Assembly: GCA_036676985.1 (NCBI GenBank)
Contig: JAKFBU010000039.1
Coordinates: 1-64,000 of the forward strand
Origin: Candidatus Sericytochromatia bacterium
GTDB lineage: Bacteria > Cyanobacteriota > Sericytochromatia > S15B-MN24 > UBA4093
Direction of reading: 5' to 3'
Length of the DNA: 64,000 bases
A program made the translations under genes and the position numbers. Shown here one piece after another: positions 27,866-37,300 of this stretch (position 1 is the first letter of the stretch; each line of letters begins with the position of its first letter). The notes beneath the pieces are model-generated. The model had not been told where the DNA came from. It saw nothing but the letters and a program-made list of their open reading frames with translations, and made no database searches.

Positions 27866-29005
27866 ATGATGCGAAGTGGGTTGTCGCTACTGGGTGGCCT
27901 GGGGCTCGGAGCCGGCCTCATGTTCCTGCTCGATCCCGACCGGGGCAAGCGGCGGCGGTCCTTGATCCGGGACAAAGGGATCCACGCCCTGTACGCCTCC
28001 GAGGACCTGCTCGACACGGGCACGCGCGACCTGGCCAAACGCTCCACGGGGCTCGTCGCCGAGCTCAAGGCGAAGCTCTCGCAGGAGCTGCCCACCGACG
28101 AGGTGCTGGTGGCCCGCGTCCGTTCCAAGCTCGGGCGCTTCGTCTCCAACCCGCGGGCCATCGTGGTCCAGGCCGACAGCGGCAACGTCACGCTGAGCGG
28201 CCCCGTGCTCGCCCAGGAGGCGAGCCTCCTGCTCAAGGCCGTGGCGGCCATGCCCGGCGTCATGCACGTGGAGAACCGGCTCGAGGTCCACGATCGCCCC
28301 GCGGAGGTGCTCGGAGCCGAGCAGCGCGTGCGCCGCACCGGCGAGCTGCCCGAGTGGCGGCAGCGCAACTGGGCGCCGGGCCCGCGCCTCCTGGCCACGG
28401 CGGCGGGCTCCCTCTTGGCGGCCTATGGGCTCAGCCGCGGCCGCGCCCTGGGAGCGCTGTGGGGCCTGGCGGGCCTCGGGCTGTTGGCGCGCAGCGTGAG
28501 CAACCGGCCGCTCCCGAGCCTGGTGGGGGCCAAGCCCCGCAAGGGCATCTTCGTCCAGAAGACCCTCACGATCAACGCGCCGCCCGAGCGGGTCTTCGGG
28601 TTCTGGTCGCACTTCGCCGAGAACTTCCCGCGCTTCATGTCTCATGTCCGGCAGATCCGCGACCTGGGCCGCGGCCGGAGCCTCTGGAAGGTCTCGGGAC
28701 CGGCGGGGATCGCCGTGGAGTGGGAGGCCGAGCTCACCAAGGAGGTGCCCAACCAGCTCCTCGCCTGGCGCAGCCGGCCGGGCTCGACGGTCGAGACCGC
28801 GGGCAGCGTGCACTTCGAGGCCGTGGAAGGAGGCACGCGCGTCCACGTGCAGCTCTCCTACCTGCCTCCTCTGGGCCAGATCGGGCACGGCGTGGCGAGC
28901 CTGTTCGGGGCGGACCCCAAAGAGGAGATGGACGAGGACCTGGCACGCATGAAGCGCCTCATCGAGGCGCAGGAACGTCTGTTATCGGAGGAGCGGCCGC
29001 AGTAG
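27866..29005 (+). CDS. BON domain plus SRPBCC (cyclase/dehydrase-like) fusion protein
   Basis: LMFLLDPDRGKRRR; GNVTLSGPV...VENRLEV (BON); ENFPRFMSHV...EWEAELT...LLAWRS (SRPBCC). Confidence 0.85.
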   Translation: MMRSGLSLLGGLGLGAGLMFLLDPDRGKRRRSLIRDKGIHALYASEDLLDTGTRDLAKRSTGLVAELKAKLSQELPTDEVLVARVRSKLGRFVSNPRAIVVQADSGNVTLSGPVLAQEASLLLKAVAAMPGVMHVENRLEVHDRPAEVLGAEQRVRRTGELPEWRQRNWAPGPRLLATAAGSLLAAYGLSRGRALGALWGLAGLGLLARSVSNRPLPSLVGAKPRKGIFVQKTLTINAPPERVFGFWSHFAENFPRFMSHVRQIRDLGRGRSLWKVSGPAGIAVEWEAELTKEVPNQLLAWRSRPGSTVETAGSVHFEAVEGGTRVHVQLSYLPPLGQIGHGVASLFGADPKEEMDEDLARMKRLIEAQERLLSEERPQ

Positions 29006-29023
29006 CGGCACGGAGGGAGTCTG

Positions 29024-29695
29024 ATGCGGGTACTGATCGTCTTCTACAGCAAGACCGGCAACGTGGCGAAGCTGGCCGAGGCCATCGCCGAGGGAGCGCG
29101 CCAGGTGGAGGGCACGGAGGTCGTCCTCCGGCGGGTCAATGACCTGGCGCCGCCCGAGGTCATCAACCAGAACGAAGGCTGGAAGAAGTGGCACGACGAG
29201 CTGTCCGGCAAGTACCAGGAGCCCACCCTGGACGACCTGGTCGCGGCGGACGCCGTCATCCTGGGCACGCCCACGCGCTACGGGAACGTCTCGGCCGAGC
29301 TCAAGCAGTTCATCGACATGACCGGCGGGCTGTGGGCGCAGGGCAAGCTCGTCAACAAGGTGGGGTCCGTGTTCACGAGCGCCTCGAGCCCGCACGGGGG
29401 CCAGGAGCTGACCACCTTCACCATGCTCGCCCCGCTCATCCACCTGGGCATGGTGATCGTCACGCCGGGCTACGCGGACGCCGTCATGTTCGCGGGCGGC
29501 GCCCCCTACGGGGCGACCTCCACGAGCGGGGCCGACGCGGACCAGGCCCCCACCGAGCAGGACCTGGCGGCCGCGCGCTTCCAGGGAAAACGGGTGGCCG
29601 AGATCGCCACGGCCCTCAAGGTCGGCCTATCGACCCCGCGCATCACCATGGTCGCCTCCGAGGAGCTCCCGACGTACGCGACCGGGAACGACTGA
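29024..29695 (+). CDS. wrbA: NAD(P)H:quinone oxidoreductase WrbA
   Basis: FYSKTGNV, GTPTRYGN, HGGQE, GGAPYGA. Confidence 0.93.
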   Translation: MRVLIVFYSKTGNVAKLAEAIAEGARQVEGTEVVLRRVNDLAPPEVINQNEGWKKWHDELSGKYQEPTLDDLVAADAVILGTPTRYGNVSAELKQFIDMTGGLWAQGKLVNKVGSVFTSASSPHGGQELTTFTMLAPLIHLGMVIVTPGYADAVMFAGGAPYGATSTSGADADQAPTEQDLAAARFQGKRVAEIATALKVGLSTPRITMVASEELPTYATGND

Positions 29696-29731
29696 GGCCC
29701 GACGGCGGCGGGCACTGGTGCCCGCCGCCCG

Positions 29732-30319
29732 CTACTTCAGCAGGCCCGAGGCCAGACCCGGCCACAGGAGGCCGACGAGCGTCAGCACGCCGAGCACGAA
29801 GAACAGGCCCGCCGTGACGTAGCGGATGAGGTGCATGGGCAGGCGCTCGCCGAGCTTGTCGCCGATGACGACGGCGAGCGCGTTGGAGATCATCATGCCG
29901 AGCGTCGTGCCCACCACGACCTGCACCGTCTGGGCGTACTTGGCGCCGAGCGCGATGGTCGCAAGCTGGGTCTTGTCGCCCATCTCGGCCATGAAGAACA
30001 GGACGATGGTCGAGGCCAGGGGGCCCCAGCGTCCCTCGTTGGTGGTATCGTCCAGCTCGTCCGGCTTGAGGGTCCACAGCGCAAAGGCGAAGAAGCTGAC
30101 GACGAGGATCCAGCCCATGACCGTCGGCGTCAGGAAGCGCGACAGCAACGCGCCCGAGCCCGCGGCGAGCGCATGGTTCAAGAGCGTGGCGATGAGGATG
30201 CCGAGCATCACGGTCCAGGGCTTGCGGAACTTGGAGGCCAGAGCGAGCGCCAGGAGCTGGGTCTTGTCTCCCATCTCCCCCAGCGTCACGACCATGACCG
30301 AACTCAGAAAGGCTTCCAT
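29732..30319 (-). CDS. UPF0016/TMEM165/GDT1 family Mn2+/Ca2+ transporter
   Basis: Two EMGDKTQL motifs; GAGGAG RBS. Confidence 0.93.
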   Translation of the reverse strand: MEAFLSSVMVVTLGEMGDKTQLLALALASKFRKPWTVMLGILIATLLNHALAAGSGALLSRFLTPTVMGWILVVSFFAFALWTLKPDELDDTTNEGRWGPLASTIVLFFMAEMGDKTQLATIALGAKYAQTVQVVVGTTLGMMISNALAVVIGDKLGERLPMHLIRYVTAGLFFVLGVLTLVGLLWPGLASGLLK

Positions 30320-30339
30320 TCGAAAACTCCTCAAACAAA

Positions 30340-30478
30340 AAGACCCTTGGCGAGACCACACGCGCATGCGTGCGGTCTCGCCAAAGGTCTTGCGAACGAG
30401 CGAACTCGCCGACTAGGCCAAGGGCATCGCCCTAGTGTGTTGACCTAGCGCACCATTCAGGGTCACTACTCCCCTCTG
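30340..30478 (-). promoter_or_regulatory. yybP-ykoY (Mn2+) riboswitch with an overlapping terminator
   Basis: Minus strand CAGAGGGGAGTAG...GGTCAACACACT...GCAAGACCTTTG, then hairpin GGCGAGACC...GGTCTCGCC and a T-tract, directly upstream of a UPF0016 gene (typical context). Confidence 0.88.
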
Positions 30479-30550
30479 ACGTGCGTCCACTATAGCACAG
30501 CGGGCGTCTCGGGGCCAGCGATCGCCTAACAGACGCCCGGACCAGCCGGG

Positions 30551-32773
30551 CTACTCGTCGAGCGAGCCGTCGCCGAGCACGCGCATGACCTCGTCGACGG
30601 TGGTCAGGCCCTGGCGCACGCGCAGGCGGGCGTCCTCCAGGAGGGTCCTAAAGCCCATTTCGCGGGCGGCCTTCCAGAGCTCGGCCTCGGGCTCGTTGGC
30701 GTTGATGAGGTTCTTGAGGCGGCGGTTGATGCGCAGGATCTCGTAGACGGCGAGCCGTCCCCGGTAGCCCGTGTTCTTGCAGGCCTGGCAGCCCTTGCCG
30801 CGGGCGAGCGTGACGGGCTCGTCGGCGGACGTCTTGAGGAACTGACGCTCCTCGTAGCTCGCCGCATACTGCTCGGAGCACTGCTTGCAGACCCGGCGCA
30901 CCAGGCGCTGGGCCACGATGCCCACCACGGTGCTGCTGATCTGGTAGGGCTTGGCGCCCATGTCCATGAGGCGCGAGATGGTCGAGATGGCGTCGTTGGT
31001 GTGCAGGGTCGAGAGCACCAGGTGGCCCGTCATGGCGGCCGCCACCGCGGCCTCCAGCACCTCGGAGTCGCGGATCTCGCCGACCATGACCGTGTCGGGG
31101 TCCTGGCGCAGGATGGTGCGCAGGGCCGCGGCGAACGTGAGGCCGATCTTGGACTGGATCTGGATCTGCACGATGCCCGGCAGCGGGAACTCGACCGGGT
31201 CCTCGATGGTGACGATGCTGTCGCGGGTGCGATCGAGCTGGGCGATGCAGGCGTAAAGCGTCGAGGTCTTGCCGGAGCCGGTGGGACCCGTCACGAGCAC
31301 CATGCCGCTCGCCGCCCCCAGGATCTGCTTGAAGCGCGCGCGCGTCTCCTCGTCGCTGCCCAGGGCCTCGGGGTTGCCGACCGCCAGCGGCCGCAGGATG
31401 CGGATGACCATGGTCTCGCCCCAGTGGCTGCCGATGGTCGAGGCGCGGAAGTCGAAGGTGTCCTGCTTGTGGCGCATGGTGAAGCGGCCGTCCTGGGGAC
31501 GCCGGTTCTCCGTGACGTTCATGCCGGCGAGCACCTTGAAGCGCGTGAGCGCCTGGGCGGCGAGCCCGGGCGGGATCTCGGTGGTCTTCTGCATGACGCC
31601 GTCGAGGCGCATGCGCACTTCCAGGCCGCGCTCCTGGCTCTCCAGGTGCACGTCGCTCACGCCCGACTCGATGGCCTGACGGATGATCGAGTTGACGAGG
31701 CTCACGATGGTGCCGTCGTCGTCGCTCACGAGCTCCGTGACGTTCTGCTTGGACTTCTTCTGGTCGGCGTCGGCGCCGGCCGCCTGGACGACGCGCTCCA
31801 GGCTGCTCGCCACGTGGCCGTCGGGGCTGAAGAAGTGGGCGATCGCCACGTCGAGGTCCGGCTTGCGGAAGGCGATGGGGATGATCTTGTAGCCGCTCAA
31901 CAGCGAGATGCGGTCGATGAGCTCGGCGTTGTTGCGGTCGGGCAGGGCGACCACGAGGCGCTGTCCGACGAGCACCAGGGACAGGACCTGGTTCTGCTTG
32001 CAGAAGCTCTCGTTCAGCAGGCGCAGGACCTGCTTGTCCACCGGGAAGGCCGTGAGGGAGGCGTGGCTCGCGAGCATCTCCTGCAGGAGCAGGACGTCGT
32101 TGAGCTCGCGGTCCGTCAGATAGCCGAGCTGGACCAACAGGGCGCCGATGCGCTCGCCGGTGATCTTCTGGAGCTCCATGGCCTCGGCGAGCTGGGGCTT
32201 GGAGATGAGATTGAGGTCGACGAGCCAGTCGCCGAGCCGCTGCTTGCGCAGCACGGTGCCGCTCGTGTCCGCCGCGGCGTTGGCCTGGGGCAGGACGCCC
32301 TCGTAGAAGTAGCCGATCGCGGCCTCGATGTCCTGGTGCCGGAAGTTGACGGGGATGATCATGTAGCCGGTCATGAGCGACGCGAGCTCGATGACCTCGT
32401 GGTTGTTGCGGTCCGTCACGGCCATCAGGAGGCGCTTGCCGACGAGCAGCAGGGGCATGACCTTGTGCTGGCGCGCGAAGCTGAGGTTGAGGGACGGCAA
32501 GAGGTCCCGGTCCACCGGAAAGTCGGTCAAAGACGCGTGGCTCGCGAGCGTTTCCTGCAAGAGGAGCACATCCCCCAGCTCGCGCTCGGTGAGGTAGCCG
32601 AGCTGGACCAGCAGGGTGCCCAGACGCTCGCCGGTCTCGGTCTGCTTCTGCATGGCCTCGGCCAGCTGGCGACTGGAGATGAGGTTCAGCTCGACGAGCC
32701 AGTCTCCGACGCGCTGCTTGCGCAGGGAGGGCACCTCGGGGGCGCCGGCGGCGGGCACGTTCGGCTGTTCCAT
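30551..32773 (-). CDS. GspE/PilB family secretion ATPase with duplicated N-terminal MshEN modules
   Basis: GPTGSGKT, TIEDPVE, LRQDPD, GEIRD, TGHLVLSTLH, CxxC...CxxC; four RLGxxLV motifs. Confidence 0.92.
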   Translation of the reverse strand: MEQPNVPAAGAPEVPSLRKQRVGDWLVELNLISSRQLAEAMQKQTETGERLGTLLVQLGYLTERELGDVLLLQETLASHASLTDFPVDRDLLPSLNLSFARQHKVMPLLLVGKRLLMAVTDRNNHEVIELASLMTGYMIIPVNFRHQDIEAAIGYFYEGVLPQANAAADTSGTVLRKQRLGDWLVDLNLISKPQLAEAMELQKITGERIGALLVQLGYLTDRELNDVLLLQEMLASHASLTAFPVDKQVLRLLNESFCKQNQVLSLVLVGQRLVVALPDRNNAELIDRISLLSGYKIIPIAFRKPDLDVAIAHFFSPDGHVASSLERVVQAAGADADQKKSKQNVTELVSDDDGTIVSLVNSIIRQAIESGVSDVHLESQERGLEVRMRLDGVMQKTTEIPPGLAAQALTRFKVLAGMNVTENRRPQDGRFTMRHKQDTFDFRASTIGSHWGETMVIRILRPLAVGNPEALGSDEETRARFKQILGAASGMVLVTGPTGSGKTSTLYACIAQLDRTRDSIVTIEDPVEFPLPGIVQIQIQSKIGLTFAAALRTILRQDPDTVMVGEIRDSEVLEAAVAAAMTGHLVLSTLHTNDAISTISRLMDMGAKPYQISSTVVGIVAQRLVRRVCKQCSEQYAASYEERQFLKTSADEPVTLARGKGCQACKNTGYRGRLAVYEILRINRRLKNLINANEPEAELWKAAREMGFRTLLEDARLRVRQGLTTVDEVMRVLGDGSLDE

Positions 32774-32888
32774 GGACGCTCCTTTCTCGGCTCGACGGTC
32801 TCTCCTCTCCTACCCCAACGACGGGCAATCGTCGCAGCGTTCCTTCGCTTGGTGGGTATAGTGACCTCGTCCCATGAGGAGGCCCCGC

Positions 32889-34526
32889 ATGTCAGACGTC
32901 CGCACCGATCCCCCCGTCCGGCCCGCCAAGCTGCCGCCCAAGCCCCCAGCGGGCAACGATCGGCCACCCCAGGACCCGCCCAAGCAGCAGGCTCAGGGCG
33001 ATCGCCTCCGCCTCTCCTCGGAGGCCCGGGCCGCGAGCTCCAAGGCTGTCGAGGCCGAGGTCACGAACCAGGACCTGACGATCGGGGCCCGGATCAACGA
33101 CCGGACCACTTTCACGGGCCGCTACATCTACGACTCCGAGACCATGCTGCAGGGGGCGGGCCTCGTGAAGCTCGACTACCAGCTGGGCGAGTCGACCACG
33201 GCCTTCGTGGGGGCGGGCCACATGCCGGGCTTCTTCCACCACTCCATCGGCCCCAACCTCCGCCAGGACTCGCCGCACTCGGCCGTCTTCTTCGGCGTCG
33301 AGGACCTGCGCGGCACGAGCCGGGAGCTGGGGCACGGGCTGCGGCTGGACCTGGGCTTGAGCTCGGTCGCCGTGGGCACTCTCGCCTACAACCACGAGAT
33401 CAAGGGGCTGGACATGAACTCGTCGGCGGGCCTGAGCAAGGCCACCGTCACGGGCGAGGCCACGCTTTCTCGGCGCTTCGGCGACCTGGAGGCGTCGGTC
33501 GGCTACGGCAACCACCTGGATCTCGGCATGATCGGCAACTACTACATGACGGGCGGATCGGGCCTCTTCCCGCAGACCCACTACCTGCAGGCCGGTCTCG
33601 GCGGCCGGGCGGGTGCGCTGGACTTCCGGGCCGACGCCTACGTGCCCCTCGCGACGGCCACCAACGAGTTCTCGCGCGACCCCAAGCTCCGCGCCGAGGT
33701 CGCGGGCCCCTACATGCCCACCATCGCGGCCGTGGCCTCGCCCCGTGGCCTGGAGCAGATCGAGGCCACCAAGAGCTGGGCCATCAACCGGGAGTGGGAG
33801 GCGACGGCCTCGGCGAGCGTCGTGCGCCCCTTCGATCGGCCGCAGTACGCAGCCCAGGTGGGCATCCGCTACACCTTCGGCGGTAAGGACTCGGGCCGGC
33901 CGCAGCGCGCCACGCGCCCCAGCCCGGATTACCGCGCCGAGGTTCCGCGCCCTCGCGAGCCGAAGGCAGCCCCGGTGGCTCAGCCGAAGCTCAAGGACTA
34001 CTTCAGCCCGGCCGAGATCCGGGCCATGAAGGGCAAGTCGGTCGAGGAGCTCGCGGGCATCCTCAAGACGCCCGAGCAGGTGGTGGCGTACCTCGAGGAG
34101 TTCGTGAGCTACGACTACGACCGGGTCAAGGACCCCAAGGGCGACTACGGCTCCATGACCCCCAACGAGGTGGCGACGCTCTTGAAGGGCGTCTGCCGCG
34201 ATCAGCACCCCTTCATCGTCTCGGTGATGAAGGAGGGCCAGGGCGTCAACGGCAAGACCATCGGCTACGCAGCACCGGACACGGCGCATGCGATCGCCGT
34301 CTACCAGGATCCCGGCACGGGCAAGTGGAACGTCATCGAGTACGGCCGCATCCACTACACGCAGTCGGACTCGGCCGAGGAGGCCTTCGACCGGATCCGG
34401 CCGGACGCCCTGGTCTCGGGCGAGTGGTCCGAGAACGGGCCGAACGGCAAGAACCACCAGAAGTCGATCCGCTACTCCGAGACGGCCCGCGAGTTCTACC
34501 GCTTCGTCCAGCCGAGCAAGAACTAG
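32889..34526 (+). CDS. hypothetical protein: beta-strand-rich N-terminal domain plus transglutaminase-like C-terminal domain
   Basis: GAGGAGG RBS; amphipathic strands ending YAAQVGIRYTFGG; GVCRDQH...HAIAVYQ...WNVIEYG. Confidence 0.7.
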   Translation: MSDVRTDPPVRPAKLPPKPPAGNDRPPQDPPKQQAQGDRLRLSSEARAASSKAVEAEVTNQDLTIGARINDRTTFTGRYIYDSETMLQGAGLVKLDYQLGESTTAFVGAGHMPGFFHHSIGPNLRQDSPHSAVFFGVEDLRGTSRELGHGLRLDLGLSSVAVGTLAYNHEIKGLDMNSSAGLSKATVTGEATLSRRFGDLEASVGYGNHLDLGMIGNYYMTGGSGLFPQTHYLQAGLGGRAGALDFRADAYVPLATATNEFSRDPKLRAEVAGPYMPTIAAVASPRGLEQIEATKSWAINREWEATASASVVRPFDRPQYAAQVGIRYTFGGKDSGRPQRATRPSPDYRAEVPRPREPKAAPVAQPKLKDYFSPAEIRAMKGKSVEELAGILKTPEQVVAYLEEFVSYDYDRVKDPKGDYGSMTPNEVATLLKGVCRDQHPFIVSVMKEGQGVNGKTIGYAAPDTAHAIAVYQDPGTGKWNVIEYGRIHYTQSDSAEEAFDRIRPDALVSGEWSENGPNGKNHQKSIRYSETAREFYRFVQPSKN

Positions 34527-35587
34527 CCCCGGACCCGTCCGTATTGCTTGGGCCAGGGCAGGTCGGCCCGCAGCTGCTGGGCGGCGTGCAGGGGCCAGTA
34601 GGGGTCGTTGAGCATGGCCCGCGCCAACAAGACCGCATCCGCCTCCCCGAGCGCCACGATCTGCTCGGCCTGCTCGGGCGTGAGGATCTTGCCGACGGCG
34701 CCCGTCGGGATCCGGGCCTCCTTGCGGACCGCCCGGGAGAAGGGCACCTGGTAGCCGGGTCCCACCGGGATCTTGGCGTCCGGGACGGCCCCGCCCGACG
34801 AGCAGTCGATGAGGTCCACCCCCACGGCCTTGAGGTACTCCGCCAGCGCGATCGACTGCACCAGGTCCCAGCCGCCCTCGGCCCAGTCGGTGGCCGAGAT
34901 CCGCACGAAGACGGGCCGGTCGGTCGGCCACACCTCGCGCACGGCCTCCGCGACCAGTAGCGGCAGCCGCATGCGGTTCTCAAGCGACCCTCCGAAGTCG
35001 TCCTCCCGCTGGTTGGTCAGGGGCGACAGGAACTCGTGCAGCAGGTAGCCGTGGGCCATGTGAATCTCGGCCACCTCGAAGCCCGCCGCAAGGCTGCGCC
35101 GGGCGGCCTCCCGGAAATCGGCGACGACCTGGTCGAGGTCCGCCCGCGTCAGCTCCCGGGGCACGGGGTCGCCCGGTTCGAAGGCAAGCGGCGAGGGAGC
35201 CACCGGCTGCCAGCCCCCGGCCTCGGGGGGCACCGGGCCGCCGCCCCGCCATGGGGCGTCCGTCGAGGCCTTGCGGCCTGCATGGGCGAGCTGGATGCCG
35301 GGGACGGCACCCTGGGCCTTCATGAAGGCCGTGATGGGCTGGAAGGCGGCGACGTGACCGTCGCTCCATATGCCCGTGTCTTGAGGGCTGATGCGGCCCT
35401 CCGGGTTCACGGCCGTCGCCTCCACGATGACCAGCGCCGCTCCGCCCACCGCGCGGCTGCCCAGGTGCACCATGTGCCAGTCGTTGGGCAGGCCGTCGTC
35501 GGCCGAGTACTGGCACATGGGAGAGACGAACACGCGGTTCTTGAAGGTGAGGCCCCTCAGCGTGAAGGGGGAGAACAGCTGGCTCAT
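34523..35587 (-). CDS. namA: NADH:flavin oxidoreductase, Old Yellow Enzyme (YqjM/NamA type)
   Basis: SPMCQYS, IQLAHAGRKAS, HMAHGYLLHEFLSPLTN. Confidence 0.93.
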   Translation of the reverse strand: MSQLFSPFTLRGLTFKNRVFVSPMCQYSADDGLPNDWHMVHLGSRAVGGAALVIVEATAVNPEGRISPQDTGIWSDGHVAAFQPITAFMKAQGAVPGIQLAHAGRKASTDAPWRGGGPVPPEAGGWQPVAPSPLAFEPGDPVPRELTRADLDQVVADFREAARRSLAAGFEVAEIHMAHGYLLHEFLSPLTNQREDDFGGSLENRMRLPLLVAEAVREVWPTDRPVFVRISATDWAEGGWDLVQSIALAEYLKAVGVDLIDCSSGGAVPDAKIPVGPGYQVPFSRAVRKEARIPTGAVGKILTPEQAEQIVALGEADAVLLARAMLNDPYWPLHAAQQLRADLPWPKQYGRVRG

Positions 35588-35885
35588 GGTGGCACCTCGT
35601 CGGAGGGGGACATTCTCGGGCTACGAGCATACCGCGTTCGACCCGGCCGTGCAGCATGGGACAGGGAGGGCTGGTAGGCCGGCGTCGGTCGGGGTACAAG
35701 CAAGCAAAGACTTCTCCGGTGCGGCCTAGCCGCCGATGCCCAAACGAGGCACGCTTTGAGGGCGACATGGGCCTGAAACCGGGCCCATTGCCGCATGCTA
35801 GTAGGGCGGGCCTTGCTGCTCGAACCCGAATGGTGTATGTCTCTCGGAGGAGATGATGTGGTCTCCTCGAGATGATGGGGTCTCT

Positions 35886-37118
35886 ATGAACGACTTACCG
35901 GGCCACCTGCAGGCCTTTGCCGTCCCGCAACACTACGATCGCTACACGCCGATCGACCAGGCCGTGTGGCGCTACGTCATGCGCCAGAACCACCACTTCC
36001 TCGGCCAGCACGCGCATGAGGCCTACGTCGAGGGTCTCCGCTCGTCGGGCATCGGCGTGGAGTCCATCCCGCGCACCGAGGTGATGCACGAGGCGCTCGG
36101 CCGCTTCGGCTGGGGGGCGGTGAACGTGGACGGCTTCATCCCGCCCGCGGCGTTCATGGAGTTCCAGGCGCGAGGCATCCTGCCCATCGCGGCCGACATG
36201 CGCTCGCTCGACCACATCTCCTACACGCCCGCTCCCGACATCATCCACGAGTCGGCGGGGCATGCGCCCATCCTCTTCGATGAACGGTTCTCGACCTTCG
36301 TGAAGCGGCTGGCGAGCATCGGCGCCAAGGCCATGGGCACCGAGGCGGATCAGGAGCTGTACGAGGCGATCCGCCGGCTGTCCATCGTCAAGGAGGACCC
36401 GGACGCGACGCCCGAGGAGGTCGCGGAGGCCGAGGCGAACTTCCGGCGCAAGCAGGCGGCCATCACGGAGACGTCGGCGGCGGCCCTCATGTCGCGCTTC
36501 TACTGGTGGACGGTGGAGTACGGGCTCATCGGGTCCCTGGAGGCTCCCAAGATCTACGGGGCGGGCCTGCTGTCGTCGGTGGGCGAGAGCAAGCGCGCGC
36601 TGACCGACCAGGTGAAGAAAGTCCCCTTCAGCCTGGAGGCGGTCCTGAGCACGTCGTACGACATCACGACCTACCAGCCGCAGCTCTTCGTCTGCGAGTC
36701 GTTCGATCAGTTGGTCGACGCGGCAGAGGAGCTGGACGGGTACCTGGCGCAGCGCAAGGACGTGCTAGCGGCGTCGCCGTCGGCGGCTCCGGTGGTGACG
36801 CCGCGCCCGGCGGGCCCGGCGAAGGATCCGGTGCCTTCGGTGAGTCAGGCGAACCAGAAGGAGCTGCAGGAGCTGTACGGGCGCGTGCGCGCGATGCGCG
36901 AGGGCTCGGACGAGGTCTCGGACGGACTTCGCGAGGTCTGGCGGGAGCTGGACGCGCGGTACCCGGCAGACTGGCTGCTGCGGCTGGAGCTCCTGGAGCT
37001 TGCGACCGAGCGTCGGGTGCTGGAGAGCGAGCGCACCCGGCTGCGGGAGCAGCTCTTGGCGCTGAAGACGGACGCGGAGCGGACGGAGCTGATTGAGGAT
37101 GGGTTGGCGCTCCTGTAG
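35886..37118 (+). CDS. phhA: aromatic amino acid (phenylalanine) 4-hydroxylase
   Basis: YTPAPDIIHESAGHAP iron motif, WWTVEYGL, YGAGLLSS; C-terminal DWLLRLELLE segment. Confidence 0.88.
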   Translation: MNDLPGHLQAFAVPQHYDRYTPIDQAVWRYVMRQNHHFLGQHAHEAYVEGLRSSGIGVESIPRTEVMHEALGRFGWGAVNVDGFIPPAAFMEFQARGILPIAADMRSLDHISYTPAPDIIHESAGHAPILFDERFSTFVKRLASIGAKAMGTEADQELYEAIRRLSIVKEDPDATPEEVAEAEANFRRKQAAITETSAAALMSRFYWWTVEYGLIGSLEAPKIYGAGLLSSVGESKRALTDQVKKVPFSLEAVLSTSYDITTYQPQLFVCESFDQLVDAAEELDGYLAQRKDVLAASPSAAPVVTPRPAGPAKDPVPSVSQANQKELQELYGRVRAMREGSDEVSDGLREVWRELDARYPADWLLRLELLELATERRVLESERTRLREQLLALKTDAERTELIEDGLALL

Positions 37119-37124
37119 CGCCGA

Positions 37125-37289
37125 CCAGGTTACCACCCCCCCTTCCCCCCCTGCCTTCGGCAAGGGGGGCTCTTTTCTAGGGACGGCCACCTGGCGGTGG
37201 CAGATTCGTCAGGGGTATCTCCCCTCAAATCCCTGCGCAGCAGGACTCTTTGTGCCCCCCTTGCGAAGCAGGGGGGGAAGGGGGGGTCA
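37125..37289. repeat. ~160-bp MITE-like structured element (family B), copy 2
   Basis: Same arms and internal blocks (GGACGGCC, GCAGATTCGTC, CCTGCGCAGCAGGACTC) as 25203-25361. Confidence 0.85.
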
Positions 37290-37300
37290 AGAGCAGGGAC

